A stretch of 63,453 bases of DNA from a virus (lineage: Duplodnaviria; Caudoviricetes). This document shows positions 48,625 to 56,874 of this stretch, piece after piece (position 1 is the stretch's first letter; every line of letters starts with the position of its first letter). The DNA lies in IMG/VR virus record IMGVR_UViG_3300046028_006969, positions 1-63,453 of that record; one strand, 5' to 3'. Position numbers and translations under genes: made by a program. A model generated the notes under the pieces. That model did not search any database. It was not told the DNA's origin and worked only from the letters and a program-made list of their open reading frames with translations.

Positions 48625-49155
48625 ATGTTTGATAAAATCACCAAAAAGTCGCATGATTATCTACAGACTCAATTAGATGAGCTGAAAGAAAATTGTGACA
48701 AAAATCCTGCTGTCGCTGAATTGGTGAATTATATTATTGCCTACAGTGATGAGATGGCTTACTCCAGAAACGATGCTAGTCCTGATGCTGTGATTGGTCG
48801 TGACTTATGCCAGATAATTTGGGAAATTTCAGGTACAGATTTAGGTACTATTGGTAACCAGTTTCATTTTAACGCTGCTTGGGCATACGAACTGAATATG
48901 TTTATTGATAACTATTTCTATAATGATGCAGCCTTTGATTTTGATATTGATGAGCGCAGTGGCATCATTAGATTCAAGGCCGCAAGTGATACAGGTCGCT
49001 GGTTGCAGAACCCATTAATTCTTATTGAGGCTGCAAAGGCTAATCGTATCCGTTATGATAACATGGATCGTTCAACCCTAGAAAATCGCCGGTCTGTGCC
49101 TCAGGTAGACGTTAGCCGAGTTATTGAGTTAGTGACCAAGGATATATTAAAATGA
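48625..49155 (+). CDS. hypothetical protein
   Basis: 176-aa ORF, ATGA-coupled to a cassette. Confidence 0.65.
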   Translation: MFDKITKKSHDYLQTQLDELKENCDKNPAVAELVNYIIAYSDEMAYSRNDASPDAVIGRDLCQIIWEISGTDLGTIGNQFHFNAAWAYELNMFIDNYFYNDAAFDFDIDERSGIIRFKAASDTGRWLQNPLILIEAAKANRIRYDNMDRSTLENRRSVPQVDVSRVIELVTKDILK

Positions 49156-49337
49156 ACGAACGAATTGAACAACTTGCCGAACAGGCTGAAACATGGAATG
49201 CTGATGGAGACAAGTGCGAGGTTGACTTGGAAAAGTTCGCCGAGTTGATTGTGAGGGAATGTATGTCATATATGGAAGATGGTGATATTGACTTTGCCAA
49301 GTTTATGATTAGAAAACATTTCGGAGTTGAAAAATGA
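49152..49337 (+). CDS. MNERI family mini-gene
   Basis: All three boxes; ends HFGVEK. Confidence 0.85.
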   Translation: MNERIEQLAEQAETWNADGDKCEVDLEKFAELIVRECMSYMEDGDIDFAKFMIRKHFGVEK

Positions 49338-49537
49338 AGATAGAAACAACAATGGATCGTGAATTTCCATTTTGGGTTATTGCTGAATATGAACCGGGTC
49401 AGCGAGTTACCAAAGATATGATAACTTTTGATACTGACCGGCCGGATGTACATGTAAACAAGTATGGCGTGGTACTATTCCGTAATACTGTTACGGCACT
49501 AAGGTTGTTGAAAAAAGATTTTGAAGTTGAAATTTAA
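49334..49537 (+). CDS. hypothetical protein
   Basis: ATGA-coupled, 67 aa. Confidence 0.6.
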   Translation: MKIETTMDREFPFWVIAEYEPGQRVTKDMITFDTDRPDVHVNKYGVVLFRNTVTALRLLKKDFEVEI

Positions 49538-49552
49538 TTAAAGGAAAATATT

Positions 49553-50128
49553 ATGCCTAATTGGTGCCAAAACGTAGTTAAAATTTCTCATGCAGATCCA
49601 GTTAAAATGGATATGATTCGTGCAGCTGATAATAAAGATAATTTCTTTAATACATTCATCCCTTGCCCCCAGGACTTGATTGATACTGTGAGTGGATATG
49701 TGCCTGAACAAAAGGCTCTTGAAGCTAAGCAGGCGGCCAATCTTGAGAAATATGGATATACCACTTGGTATGACCATAACATCGCCAAGTGGGGTACAAA
49801 ATGGGACGTGGTACCGCGTATTACTGAAGATAATACAAATCAGATTACAATGACATTTGATACTGCATGGTCACCACCTATTGAATTCTATCGAGCAATT
49901 ATTGAAGAACATGGTTTTGAAATCATGGCCTTCTACAATGAAGAAGGAATGGCATATGCTGGTGTCTTTGATAATGGTCATAATGAGTATTACGAATATT
50001 CTGGTTTAAATTCGGATGAAATAGAAGAATATTTGCCATTTGATTTGAATGAGATGTTTAATATTTCAGCGAATAAGGCAGATTGGGAACAAGAGGAAAT
50101 GGATGAGAACCAACCTGATGAAGAATAA
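49553..50128 (+). CDS. DUF1281/YubB ferredoxin-like domain protein
   Basis: MPNWCQN, WGTKWD and FDTAWSPP motifs. Confidence 0.8.
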   Translation: MPNWCQNVVKISHADPVKMDMIRAADNKDNFFNTFIPCPQDLIDTVSGYVPEQKALEAKQAANLEKYGYTTWYDHNIAKWGTKWDVVPRITEDNTNQITMTFDTAWSPPIEFYRAIIEEHGFEIMAFYNEEGMAYAGVFDNGHNEYYEYSGLNSDEIEEYLPFDLNEMFNISANKADWEQEEMDENQPDEE

Positions 50129-50173
50129 GAATGGCACGATTTTAATCCTGAGTGTTAATATAAGGAAGTAATT

Positions 50174-51193
50174 ATGAGAAAAATGGCTACTATTCGTAGA
50201 ATCAATGCGATTGACCCTATTGCGGGTGCCGATGCTATTGAAGTTGCAACCGTGGATGGTTGGAAAGTTGTAATTAAAAAAGGTGATTTCAAGGTCGGTG
50301 ACCGTGTGGTGTACTGTGAAATTGATTGCTGGATTCCAACTCAATTAGCACCATTCTTGTCTAAGGGCAAAGAGCCTCGTGAGTATATGGGTGTCAAAGG
50401 CGAGCGCCTGCGTACCGTTAAACTGCGTGGTCAATTGTCACAAGGCCTATTGCTGAACCTTGATGATGCATTACCATTCACCAATTCTTTCCAAGATGGT
50501 GATGATGTATCAGAGGTTTTGAATATTGGTAAGTGGGAACTTCCAATGAATGCTCAGCTTGCTGGCATGGCAAAGGGTAATTTCCCGACGGCCATTCCTA
50601 AGACTGACCAAGAGCGTGTACAAAATCTGATTGGGGAAATTAATCTAGCAGTAACCTTAGGTTTTCAATTTGAAGTGACCGAAAAACTGGAAGGTTCTTC
50701 AATGACTGTATATCTTATTGATGATGAATTTGGTGTTTGTTCACGCAATCTAGACCTAAAAGAAACTGAAGGCAATACTTTCTGGTCTGTTGCACGGAAG
50801 GATCGTATTGAAGAAAAACTGCGTGACAACAGATTGAATAATATTTCTATTCAAGGTGAATTGGTTGGTCCTGGTATTCAAGGCAATATCTACAAATTAA
50901 ACTACCCGATGTTCATGGTGTTTGATGTGTACGACATTGAAAATGGTTCTTATTTAAACCCGGATGCTCGGCGTAAACTTATTGCAGATTTGGATTTGTT
51001 GCACGTTCCAGTATTATTGGTTGATAAAGACCTTGGAGTTGGTTCTATTGATGAAATTCTACAATGGGCTGAAGGCCTATCTGTAATGGGTGATATTAAT
51101 GGACCTCAACGTGAAGGCCTTGTGTTCAAACAAAATATTGGCGGTATGACCTTTAAGGCCATTTCAAACAAATATCTATTAGGAGAAAAATAA
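50174..51193 (+). CDS. RNA ligase, DRB0094 family
   Basis: N-terminal GADAIE domain; PKTDQERVQN, motif I TEKLEGSS, QGE, FDV, EGLVFK and KAIS. Confidence 0.9.
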   Translation: MRKMATIRRINAIDPIAGADAIEVATVDGWKVVIKKGDFKVGDRVVYCEIDCWIPTQLAPFLSKGKEPREYMGVKGERLRTVKLRGQLSQGLLLNLDDALPFTNSFQDGDDVSEVLNIGKWELPMNAQLAGMAKGNFPTAIPKTDQERVQNLIGEINLAVTLGFQFEVTEKLEGSSMTVYLIDDEFGVCSRNLDLKETEGNTFWSVARKDRIEEKLRDNRLNNISIQGELVGPGIQGNIYKLNYPMFMVFDVYDIENGSYLNPDARRKLIADLDLLHVPVLLVDKDLGVGSIDEILQWAEGLSVMGDINGPQREGLVFKQNIGGMTFKAISNKYLLGEK

Positions 51194-51469
51194 ATGAGTG
51201 TTAAAAAGACAATTGCAGGAACTATTATGAAAGAATTTAGTTTTTTCTTGGAGGCATATCGGTTTTGTATGACAGCAGGCATATCTTCTGAAAGCATTTC
51301 TCGCCGTGATTGGAAAACTTGGACTGTAAAAGTGCCTACAAAATGATTCTATTATATGTTGGTGCCATTTTATCGGTTTTATTCTTATTAGAATTGACTA
51401 TTGGTATTATTATTACATTATGCATCCAAAGGTGGGGTGTTTATCGTGATTTTATATGGATTAAGTGAC

Positions 51470-51521
51470 TGTTGTTTTAATACAACACATCACTTGACAT
51501 TTATACCAATCCTGTTATAAT
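51470..51521 (+). promoter_or_regulatory. early promoter with TGTTG-N8-CAACA box
   Basis: TGTTGTTTTAATACAACA, 6 nt, TTGACA-16-TATAAT. Confidence 0.85.
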
Positions 51522-51552
51522 AGAGTCTTATTCAGTCAATTAGGAGTTTTTT

Positions 51553-51954
51553 ATGGGTACACGTTCTTTGACCTTTGTTTATGAAAATGGCGCACCTAAG
51601 CCTTTACCGGTTTTGTGTATGTACCGTCAGTTTGATGGTTATCCAGAAGGACACGGCCGGGAATTGTCCCAATTTCTTGGTGGTTTTGTTGCCATTGTAA
51701 ATGGCCTGCGGTTCAATGAAACTCGTAAAGTGGCTAATGGTATGGGTTGCCTTGCGGCTCAATTAGTTGGTCATTTTAAGTCTGAGGCTGGTGGTTTCTA
51801 TTTGTATCCAACCAATTCTAAGGATTGCGGCCAAGATTATGAATATCACATTTATGAGGACAAAATCAAAGTGAAAGTTTCCAACGGTAAAGCCATTTTT
51901 ACTGGTTCTTGGAAAGAATTTACTGATTTTTGTCACACCGCTGATGTTGCGTAA
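51553..51954 (+). CDS. conserved phage hypothetical protein
   Basis: MGTRSLT, YRQFDGYPEGHG and NGMGCLAAQL motifs. Confidence 0.8.
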   Translation: MGTRSLTFVYENGAPKPLPVLCMYRQFDGYPEGHGRELSQFLGGFVAIVNGLRFNETRKVANGMGCLAAQLVGHFKSEAGGFYLYPTNSKDCGQDYEYHIYEDKIKVKVSNGKAIFTGSWKEFTDFCHTADVA

Positions 51955-52006
51955 AAACAACAGCCGTCCCGAAAGTTCTTGACGGGACGGCCCATTGTGT
52001 TATACT
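51945..52006 (+). promoter_or_regulatory. early promoter with TGTTG-N8-CAACA box and a hairpin over the -35
   Basis: TGTTGCGTAAAAACAACA, 16 nt, TTGACG-16-TATACT; GCCGTCCC/GGGACGGC stem. Confidence 0.75.
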
Positions 52007-52030
52007 TGTGGCATTAATTAAGTAATTAAA

Positions 52031-52693
52031 ATGAAAACTTTAATAACCATTACTGTGTTATCCGTGTCTGCAAATTCTGCCCATGCCATTTGGACAGAAA
52101 AAGCTTCAGATTCAGGTATTAATGTTACCCATTGCATACAACCAGGAGTTGATTCTGTTAAATGTATTCGGGCTCTAAAACAAAAACTTGAACCAAAAAC
52201 CATAACACAGAAATCGGTTAAAGTCATAAAACAGAAACCAGTTAAAGATATTCGAACTGTTATATCCAATAACGATATTAAATTGAGTGGTCGTGGAGTG
52301 GATACATCAACAAAAGATATTAGATGCCTTGCATATTCTATTTTTCGTGAGGCCGGTAATCAGAAAGTTGTTGACCAGTATGCAGTTGGCCAAGTCCATG
52401 TGAACCGATTAAAAGAAGGATCATGGGGAAAAACAATGTGTAATGTTGTATATGCTAAAGCACAATTTAGTTGGACTCTAGAATCTAAAGTGGTTGCATG
52501 GTCTAAAAAACAAGAACAACATTTTACTGATATAGCTGAAGGATTATTGGTTGATGGAGTTTATGTCAAGAAATTGGCTTCTAATAAGATTCTACATTAT
52601 CATGCTACTTATGTCAATCCCAAATGGGCAAAGCAAGGGCAAATGGTTGCTAGTGCCGGTGCTCATGTGTTTTATAAAAATGTTCCTTATTAA
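52031..52693 (+). CDS. SleB/Hydrolase_2-like cell wall hydrolase with a signal peptide
   Basis: CLAYSIFREA, VNR, CNVVY..AQFSW, YHATYVNPKWA and HVFY motifs. Confidence 0.85.
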   Translation: MKTLITITVLSVSANSAHAIWTEKASDSGINVTHCIQPGVDSVKCIRALKQKLEPKTITQKSVKVIKQKPVKDIRTVISNNDIKLSGRGVDTSTKDIRCLAYSIFREAGNQKVVDQYAVGQVHVNRLKEGSWGKTMCNVVYAKAQFSWTLESKVVAWSKKQEQHFTDIAEGLLVDGVYVKKLASNKILHYHATYVNPKWAKQGQMVASAGAHVFYKNVPY

Positions 52694-52706
52694 TTAAAGG
52701 ATTATA

Positions 52707-52946
52707 ATGGATTATTTCCTTACTTTTATATCATTATTTTGTATTGATGTTTTTTATACTTATTATTTAAGAGCAATTGCAGAGAGTAAGGCATTGGCCG
52801 CTAGCTCATGGGCAATTGTTGTAACAATATTGGGTGCGTTTGTTGTTATTAACTATACAACGAACCATATGATGCTTATACCTGCTGCTCTTGGTGCATT
52901 TTGTGGTACATATGTTGGAATGAAATTAAGAAAGAAAGAAAGCTGA
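52707..52946 (+). CDS. small multi-TM membrane protein
   Basis: Three hydrophobic segments; GAFCGTY. Confidence 0.7.
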   Translation: MDYFLTFISLFCIDVFYTYYLRAIAESKALAASSWAIVVTILGAFVVINYTTNHMMLIPAALGAFCGTYVGMKLRKKES

Positions 52947-52953
52947 GTAATAT

Positions 52954-53181
52954 ATGAGTGAACGAATTTATCTGTCTAAACGTAATCTATTGACCTTGTT
53001 ATCCAAACTGGATCGGTTTGAACAAGGACAGGAAACCAAGTGTGCTATTATAAAGTATGCTAATCCACTTGACCCATATTGCAATACAATGGATGAAGTG
53101 ATGGTTATTGCAGTACCTGATGAAGCATTATACACCAAACGTAGTGCGGGCAAAATGCATCCATTGGATGAACCAAAATGA
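52954..53181 (+). CDS. hypothetical protein
   Basis: LSKRNLLTLLSKLD motif. Confidence 0.7.
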   Translation: MSERIYLSKRNLLTLLSKLDRFEQGQETKCAIIKYANPLDPYCNTMDEVMVIAVPDEALYTKRSAGKMHPLDEPK

Positions 53182-53438
53182 ATGAACAACTAAGACAACT
53201 TGCAATAAAATCTGGTATTGACATGTATGGTTTAGGCTCTGATAGGGAGAAATGGGAATCCGTTCTTGAAAAGTTTGCCAATTTGATTATAGGTAAATGC
53301 AGTCTTGTCTTATTGGTCAAATCTATGGAATATGCCGATGAAGGATATTTGGCTCAATGCCAATCAATGAATGAAGCTTCAAACTTAATTAGAAATGCTC
53401 TAAAAACCAACGTATCTGTTGTAATAAAACAACAGTAA
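53178..53438 (+). CDS. divergent MNERI family member
   Basis: MNEQLRQLA...EKFANLIIGKC. Confidence 0.7.
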   Translation: MNEQLRQLAIKSGIDMYGLGSDREKWESVLEKFANLIIGKCSLVLLVKSMEYADEGYLAQCQSMNEASNLIRNALKTNVSVVIKQQ

Positions 53439-53478
53439 CCTAAAAAGTCCTTGACTTTCCGTCCCGGACGTGTATAAT
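53417..53478 (+). promoter_or_regulatory. early promoter with TGTTG-N8-CAACA box
   Basis: TGTTGTAATAAAACAACA, 16 nt, TTGACT-16-TATAAT. Confidence 0.8.
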
Positions 53479-53510
53479 TGCCATTTTAACTGATTGATAT
53501 TGGAACTTTT

Positions 53511-54377
53511 ATGTCAAACATTTTTACTATTGGTGATAAGTATGCTGCTGTTATCGACGGCAAAACCGTGAAGCGTTCTAATCGCCGTGCTCTAGAGCGT
53601 ATGCTTAAGCGTACCGATGTTTCGGTGCCTATTGTAGAATCCAAATTCTCTATCAATGAGCGTTTTGGTTTTGTGAAAGATATGGTTACTATGTTGGCCA
53701 ATGGCGACCAAGCGTCCGTTGTTGTTACTGGTCCTGGTGGTCTCGGTAAATCTCATACTGTTTCGGCTGCATTGCGTGATGCAGGTTTCAATGATGTTTC
53801 CGTGCTTGACGAATTGGAAGTTGGTGACAATATTCCTAAGAATTCATACCGTGTAGTAAAAGGTTATTCTACACCCAAAGGTTTGTACCGTACACTATAC
53901 GAAAACCGTAATTCGGTTATCGTATTTGATGATTGTGATTCGGTCCTAAAAGATCCGGTGTCCTTGAATTTGCTCAAGGCTGCTTTGGATTCTTATTCTC
54001 GCCGTATTATTTCATGGCGTGCGGACATCAAAGACGAGGACCTGCCAACTGTCTTTGAATTCAAGGGTCGTGTGGTTTTTATCTCCAATTTATCTTCCGC
54101 ATCATTGGATCAAGCCATAATCACTCGCTCACTAGCGGTTGACCTGACTATGACAGCCAAACAAAAAGTAGAGCGTATGCGTTTCCTGTTGACACAACCA
54201 GACTTCATGGAAGACTTTGCAATGGTTCACAAGACAGAAGCAATGGACCTTGTGGATACTTTGTGTGATAACATTAAAGAATTGTCCTTGCGGACACTCA
54301 TGCAGGTTATTAAGATTCGTAAATCGAATCCTAATGGCAAATGGAAAGATTTGGCTGAATACGCAATTTGCGGTTAA
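53511..54377 (+). CDS. AAA-type ATPase
   Basis: GPGGLGKS Walker A, VFDDCD Walker B and FISN sensor. Confidence 0.85.
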   Translation: MSNIFTIGDKYAAVIDGKTVKRSNRRALERMLKRTDVSVPIVESKFSINERFGFVKDMVTMLANGDQASVVVTGPGGLGKSHTVSAALRDAGFNDVSVLDELEVGDNIPKNSYRVVKGYSTPKGLYRTLYENRNSVIVFDDCDSVLKDPVSLNLLKAALDSYSRRIISWRADIKDEDLPTVFEFKGRVVFISNLSSASLDQAIITRSLAVDLTMTAKQKVERMRFLLTQPDFMEDFAMVHKTEAMDLVDTLCDNIKELSLRTLMQVIKIRKSNPNGKWKDLAEYAICG

Positions 54378-54577
54378 TAGGAAATTATATGTTTTGGACT
54401 ATTGTATTAATTGGTGTTGGTTTGGGTTCAAATAGTGTAACATATGTCGGCCAATTTGAGCAACAAGAAACCTGTGTCAAAGCATCACAAGAGTTTAAGG
54501 CATTAAACAAACAGGCCGTTTGTGTTCAAATACAAAAACCTGATGCTGCGGCATCTGTAAAGAAATAGGAAAGTACT

Positions 54578-54757
54578 ATGACTGAAGAATTTAAAGCGTA
54601 CATTTTTGCATACCTAGACATGGTAAGGGAATCTGGTGCCATCAATATGTTTGAGGGTGCAAGAGTGATCCAAGACGAATTTGGACTCGATAGGCGTACC
54701 TCCAGAGAATTATTGATTGAATGGATGAAACAATTTTCTAAGGATAATGTTGCGTAA
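54578..54757 (+). CDS. 59-aa hypothetical protein (not in ORF track)
   Basis: YLDMVRESGAINMF motif; RBS AGGA. Confidence 0.65.
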   Translation: MTEEFKAYIFAYLDMVRESGAINMFEGARVIQDEFGLDRRTSRELLIEWMKQFSKDNVA

Positions 54758-54800
54758 AAACAACATATACCATTGACATTCCTGCCACTTTGTGTATAAT
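54748..54800 (+). promoter_or_regulatory. early promoter with TGTTG-N8-CAACA box
   Basis: TGTTGCGTAAAAACAACA, 7 nt, TTGACA-16-TATAAT. Confidence 0.85.
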
Positions 54801-54832
54801 TGCCTCTATCAATTCAGTAAATAGGACTTTTC

Positions 54833-55081
54833 ATGCGTACAAAACAATTCATCCAAGGTTTCAATAACAAGCAACGTGTTCGTGCCATTATCAATGGTGT
54901 TGGATTCTATGCGACTGTGCAGGACCTATTGTCTGGGCCATTTTCTGACCAGACGACAGCATTGCACCAAGTATTGCATTCCTTGAATTTAGAAAAATCT
55001 ACAGGTATTGGTACCAGAGTTACGGTGTATAATTATAAAATGGAACAAAAATCTTTTGATATTCAATTGGATTTAGTATGA
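54833..55081 (+). CDS. hypothetical protein
   Basis: Follows a promoter and RBS AGGA. Confidence 0.7.
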   Translation: MRTKQFIQGFNNKQRVRAIINGVGFYATVQDLLSGPFSDQTTALHQVLHSLNLEKSTGIGTRVTVYNYKMEQKSFDIQLDLV

Positions 55082-55401
55082 GGGAAGCATTTACTGAACG
55101 TCAGCAATATTTGATTGCTAAAAATCTAATCAAAGCCGCCACATTGGATATTGAATGTCTGACAAAGGCATCATATCAATATATTTCAGGTTGTTGTGGT
55201 TTTATTGCACATTATGACCGTGAAGGTTTCATTGCATCATATGAAACACCGCAGAATTTGAGGCATGATATATTGCACAATGCAAAGGCCAATCAATACA
55301 ATAATTTTAAACCAAATGATGTAAATTACGATTACTATATGTCGAAGCGTAATGTATATGAAATGGTTGTTGAAGGTATTAAAAATGTATCATATGCTTA
55401 A
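55078..55401 (+). CDS. hypothetical protein
   Basis: GFIAHYDREGF motif. Confidence 0.65.
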   Translation: MREAFTERQQYLIAKNLIKAATLDIECLTKASYQYISGCCGFIAHYDREGFIASYETPQNLRHDILHNAKANQYNNFKPNDVNYDYYMSKRNVYEMVVEGIKNVSYA

Positions 55402-55593
55402 AGAGGTAACTGCCTGGAATATGTCAGGTGGTTCATGTAATCATTTGTATTTGTTTGAAGAAAAACCAAAAGGTAGAACAGCAAAGGCTCTTGGTTATAT
55501 TCGTAGAGGTACTGATGAGGTAGTCAAATTCAAAAATGGTTTGGTTATTGAAATGAAAAATAGGAATTTCATTGAGGTAAAAAAGGTGAAGGT

Positions 55594-55770
55594 ATGAACG
55601 AACGAATTAAAGCCATGCCGTGGGGCGTCAAAGTAGCCGCAGTATTTTTGTTGATATGCTATATTACATTGTTATTTTTGTCGCCAGGGATATCGCTAAT
55701 CCTTAATCTTGTTATTTGTCTGCTTGCTGCCATCAATAGAATCATAGAATACAATGTAAGCGGACATTAA
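55594..55770 (+). CDS. 58-aa membrane protein carrying only the MNERI 5' box
   Basis: ATGAACGAACGAATT fused to an unrelated 2-TM body. Confidence 0.6.
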   Translation: MNERIKAMPWGVKVAAVFLLICYITLLFLSPGISLILNLVICLLAAINRIIEYNVSGH

Positions 55771-55771
55771 T

Positions 55772-55969
55772 ATGAACGAACGAATTGAAAAACTTGCTGA
55801 ACAGGCTGAAGAATGGAACGCCGATGGGGACAAATGTGAAGTCAATCTACACAAGTTCGCCGAGTTGATTGTTCAGGAATGTATTGAACTAAACCGACAA
55901 GAGTTATCGTTCTCTGCATTTGCGAGAATGTTAGACAAGTATGAAGAACATTTCGGAGTTGAAGAATGA
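55772..55969 (+). CDS. MNERI family mini-gene
   Basis: All three boxes exact. Confidence 0.85.
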   Translation: MNERIEKLAEQAEEWNADGDKCEVNLHKFAELIVQECIELNRQELSFSAFARMLDKYEEHFGVEE

Positions 55970-56104
55970 CAGACTATGAATTAGCAGAAACATTGAGAAC
56001 TGCTGCCAGGAGTGCGAGAGATAACATTGCTCTTGAAATGCTGTTGTTGATGGCAGCAGAACGAATAGAACAGTTGAGTGTGGTGCAAACTCCAGGAAAC
56101 TATA

Positions 56105-56311
56105 ATGAACGAACATATTAGACAACCTGCTGAACAGGCACGAAAATACGCAGACGAAAATCGTTCAGGATCCTTTGTGAAATATGACCCTGAATGGTTT
56201 GTTTTGTATAACGAAAAGTTCGCCGAACTAATTGTGCGGCAATGTGCTGAGATTTGTTTGGAAGCGAACGACCATAAAAATATCTTACGATATTTCGGAG
56301 TTGAAGAATGA
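56105..56311 (+). CDS. MNERI family mini-gene
   Basis: MNEHIRQPAEQA...EKFAELIVRQC...YFGVEE. Confidence 0.8.
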   Translation: MNEHIRQPAEQARKYADENRSGSFVKYDPEWFVLYNEKFAELIVRQCAEICLEANDHKNILRYFGVEE

Positions 56312-56538
56312 GAACAGTATGGGTAATTTGTGAAACAGTAGACTTGGGCTATCGCATGGTCAAGGGCTACGATTCGTATGGCAAAGCAAAGGCTGAGTTT
56401 GACCGAATGTATGCCAAAGCCGTTGATGAGAAAGTCAAGGCATTGATGAAACACTGTGATTATACAAAAGAGCAAGGCGAGGATTGGTGTGCAAGTGTCT
56501 CTTTCTATGAATTGGAAAGTGTGGAGATTGAAGAATGA
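56308..56538 (+). CDS. hypothetical protein between cassettes
   Basis: ATGA-coupled on both sides; ends GGAGATTGAAGAATGA. Confidence 0.7.
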   Translation: MRTVWVICETVDLGYRMVKGYDSYGKAKAEFDRMYAKAVDEKVKALMKHCDYTKEQGEDWCASVSFYELESVEIEE

Positions 56539-56762
56539 ACGAACGAATTCGAGAACTTGTTAGACAGGCTGGACTAGATGATGCCGACTTTCCTATTGAG
56601 AATTGGGATAATGTTCCCTTAGCAAAGTTCGCCGAGTTGATTGTGCGAGAATGCGGTGCAGTAATCAATAGTGAAAATTATCGTGAACATTCCAAGGGAT
56701 GGAATGATGCTATTGAATGGGCAGATGGTATGATTAAAGAACATTTCGGAGTTGAAGAATGA
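56535..56762 (+). CDS. MNERI family mini-gene
   Basis: All three boxes exact. Confidence 0.85.
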   Translation: MNERIRELVRQAGLDDADFPIENWDNVPLAKFAELIVRECGAVINSENYREHSKGWNDAIEWADGMIKEHFGVEE

Positions 56763-56874
56763 CCCCAATTGAATATCTACAATCTCTTATTACAGGGATG
56801 GAAATGGGCTCAGAGATTCCAGTGCAATTGTCAGAATTGAAACTTCTAATGGCTCTTATTAAGGCAGATAAAGA

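Noticed and set aside
35754-54765. TGTTG-N8-CAACA as a LexA SOS box
   Set aside because: It does not match CTGT-N8-ACAG in sequence or spacing, and it lies upstream of the -35 rather than over the core promoter.
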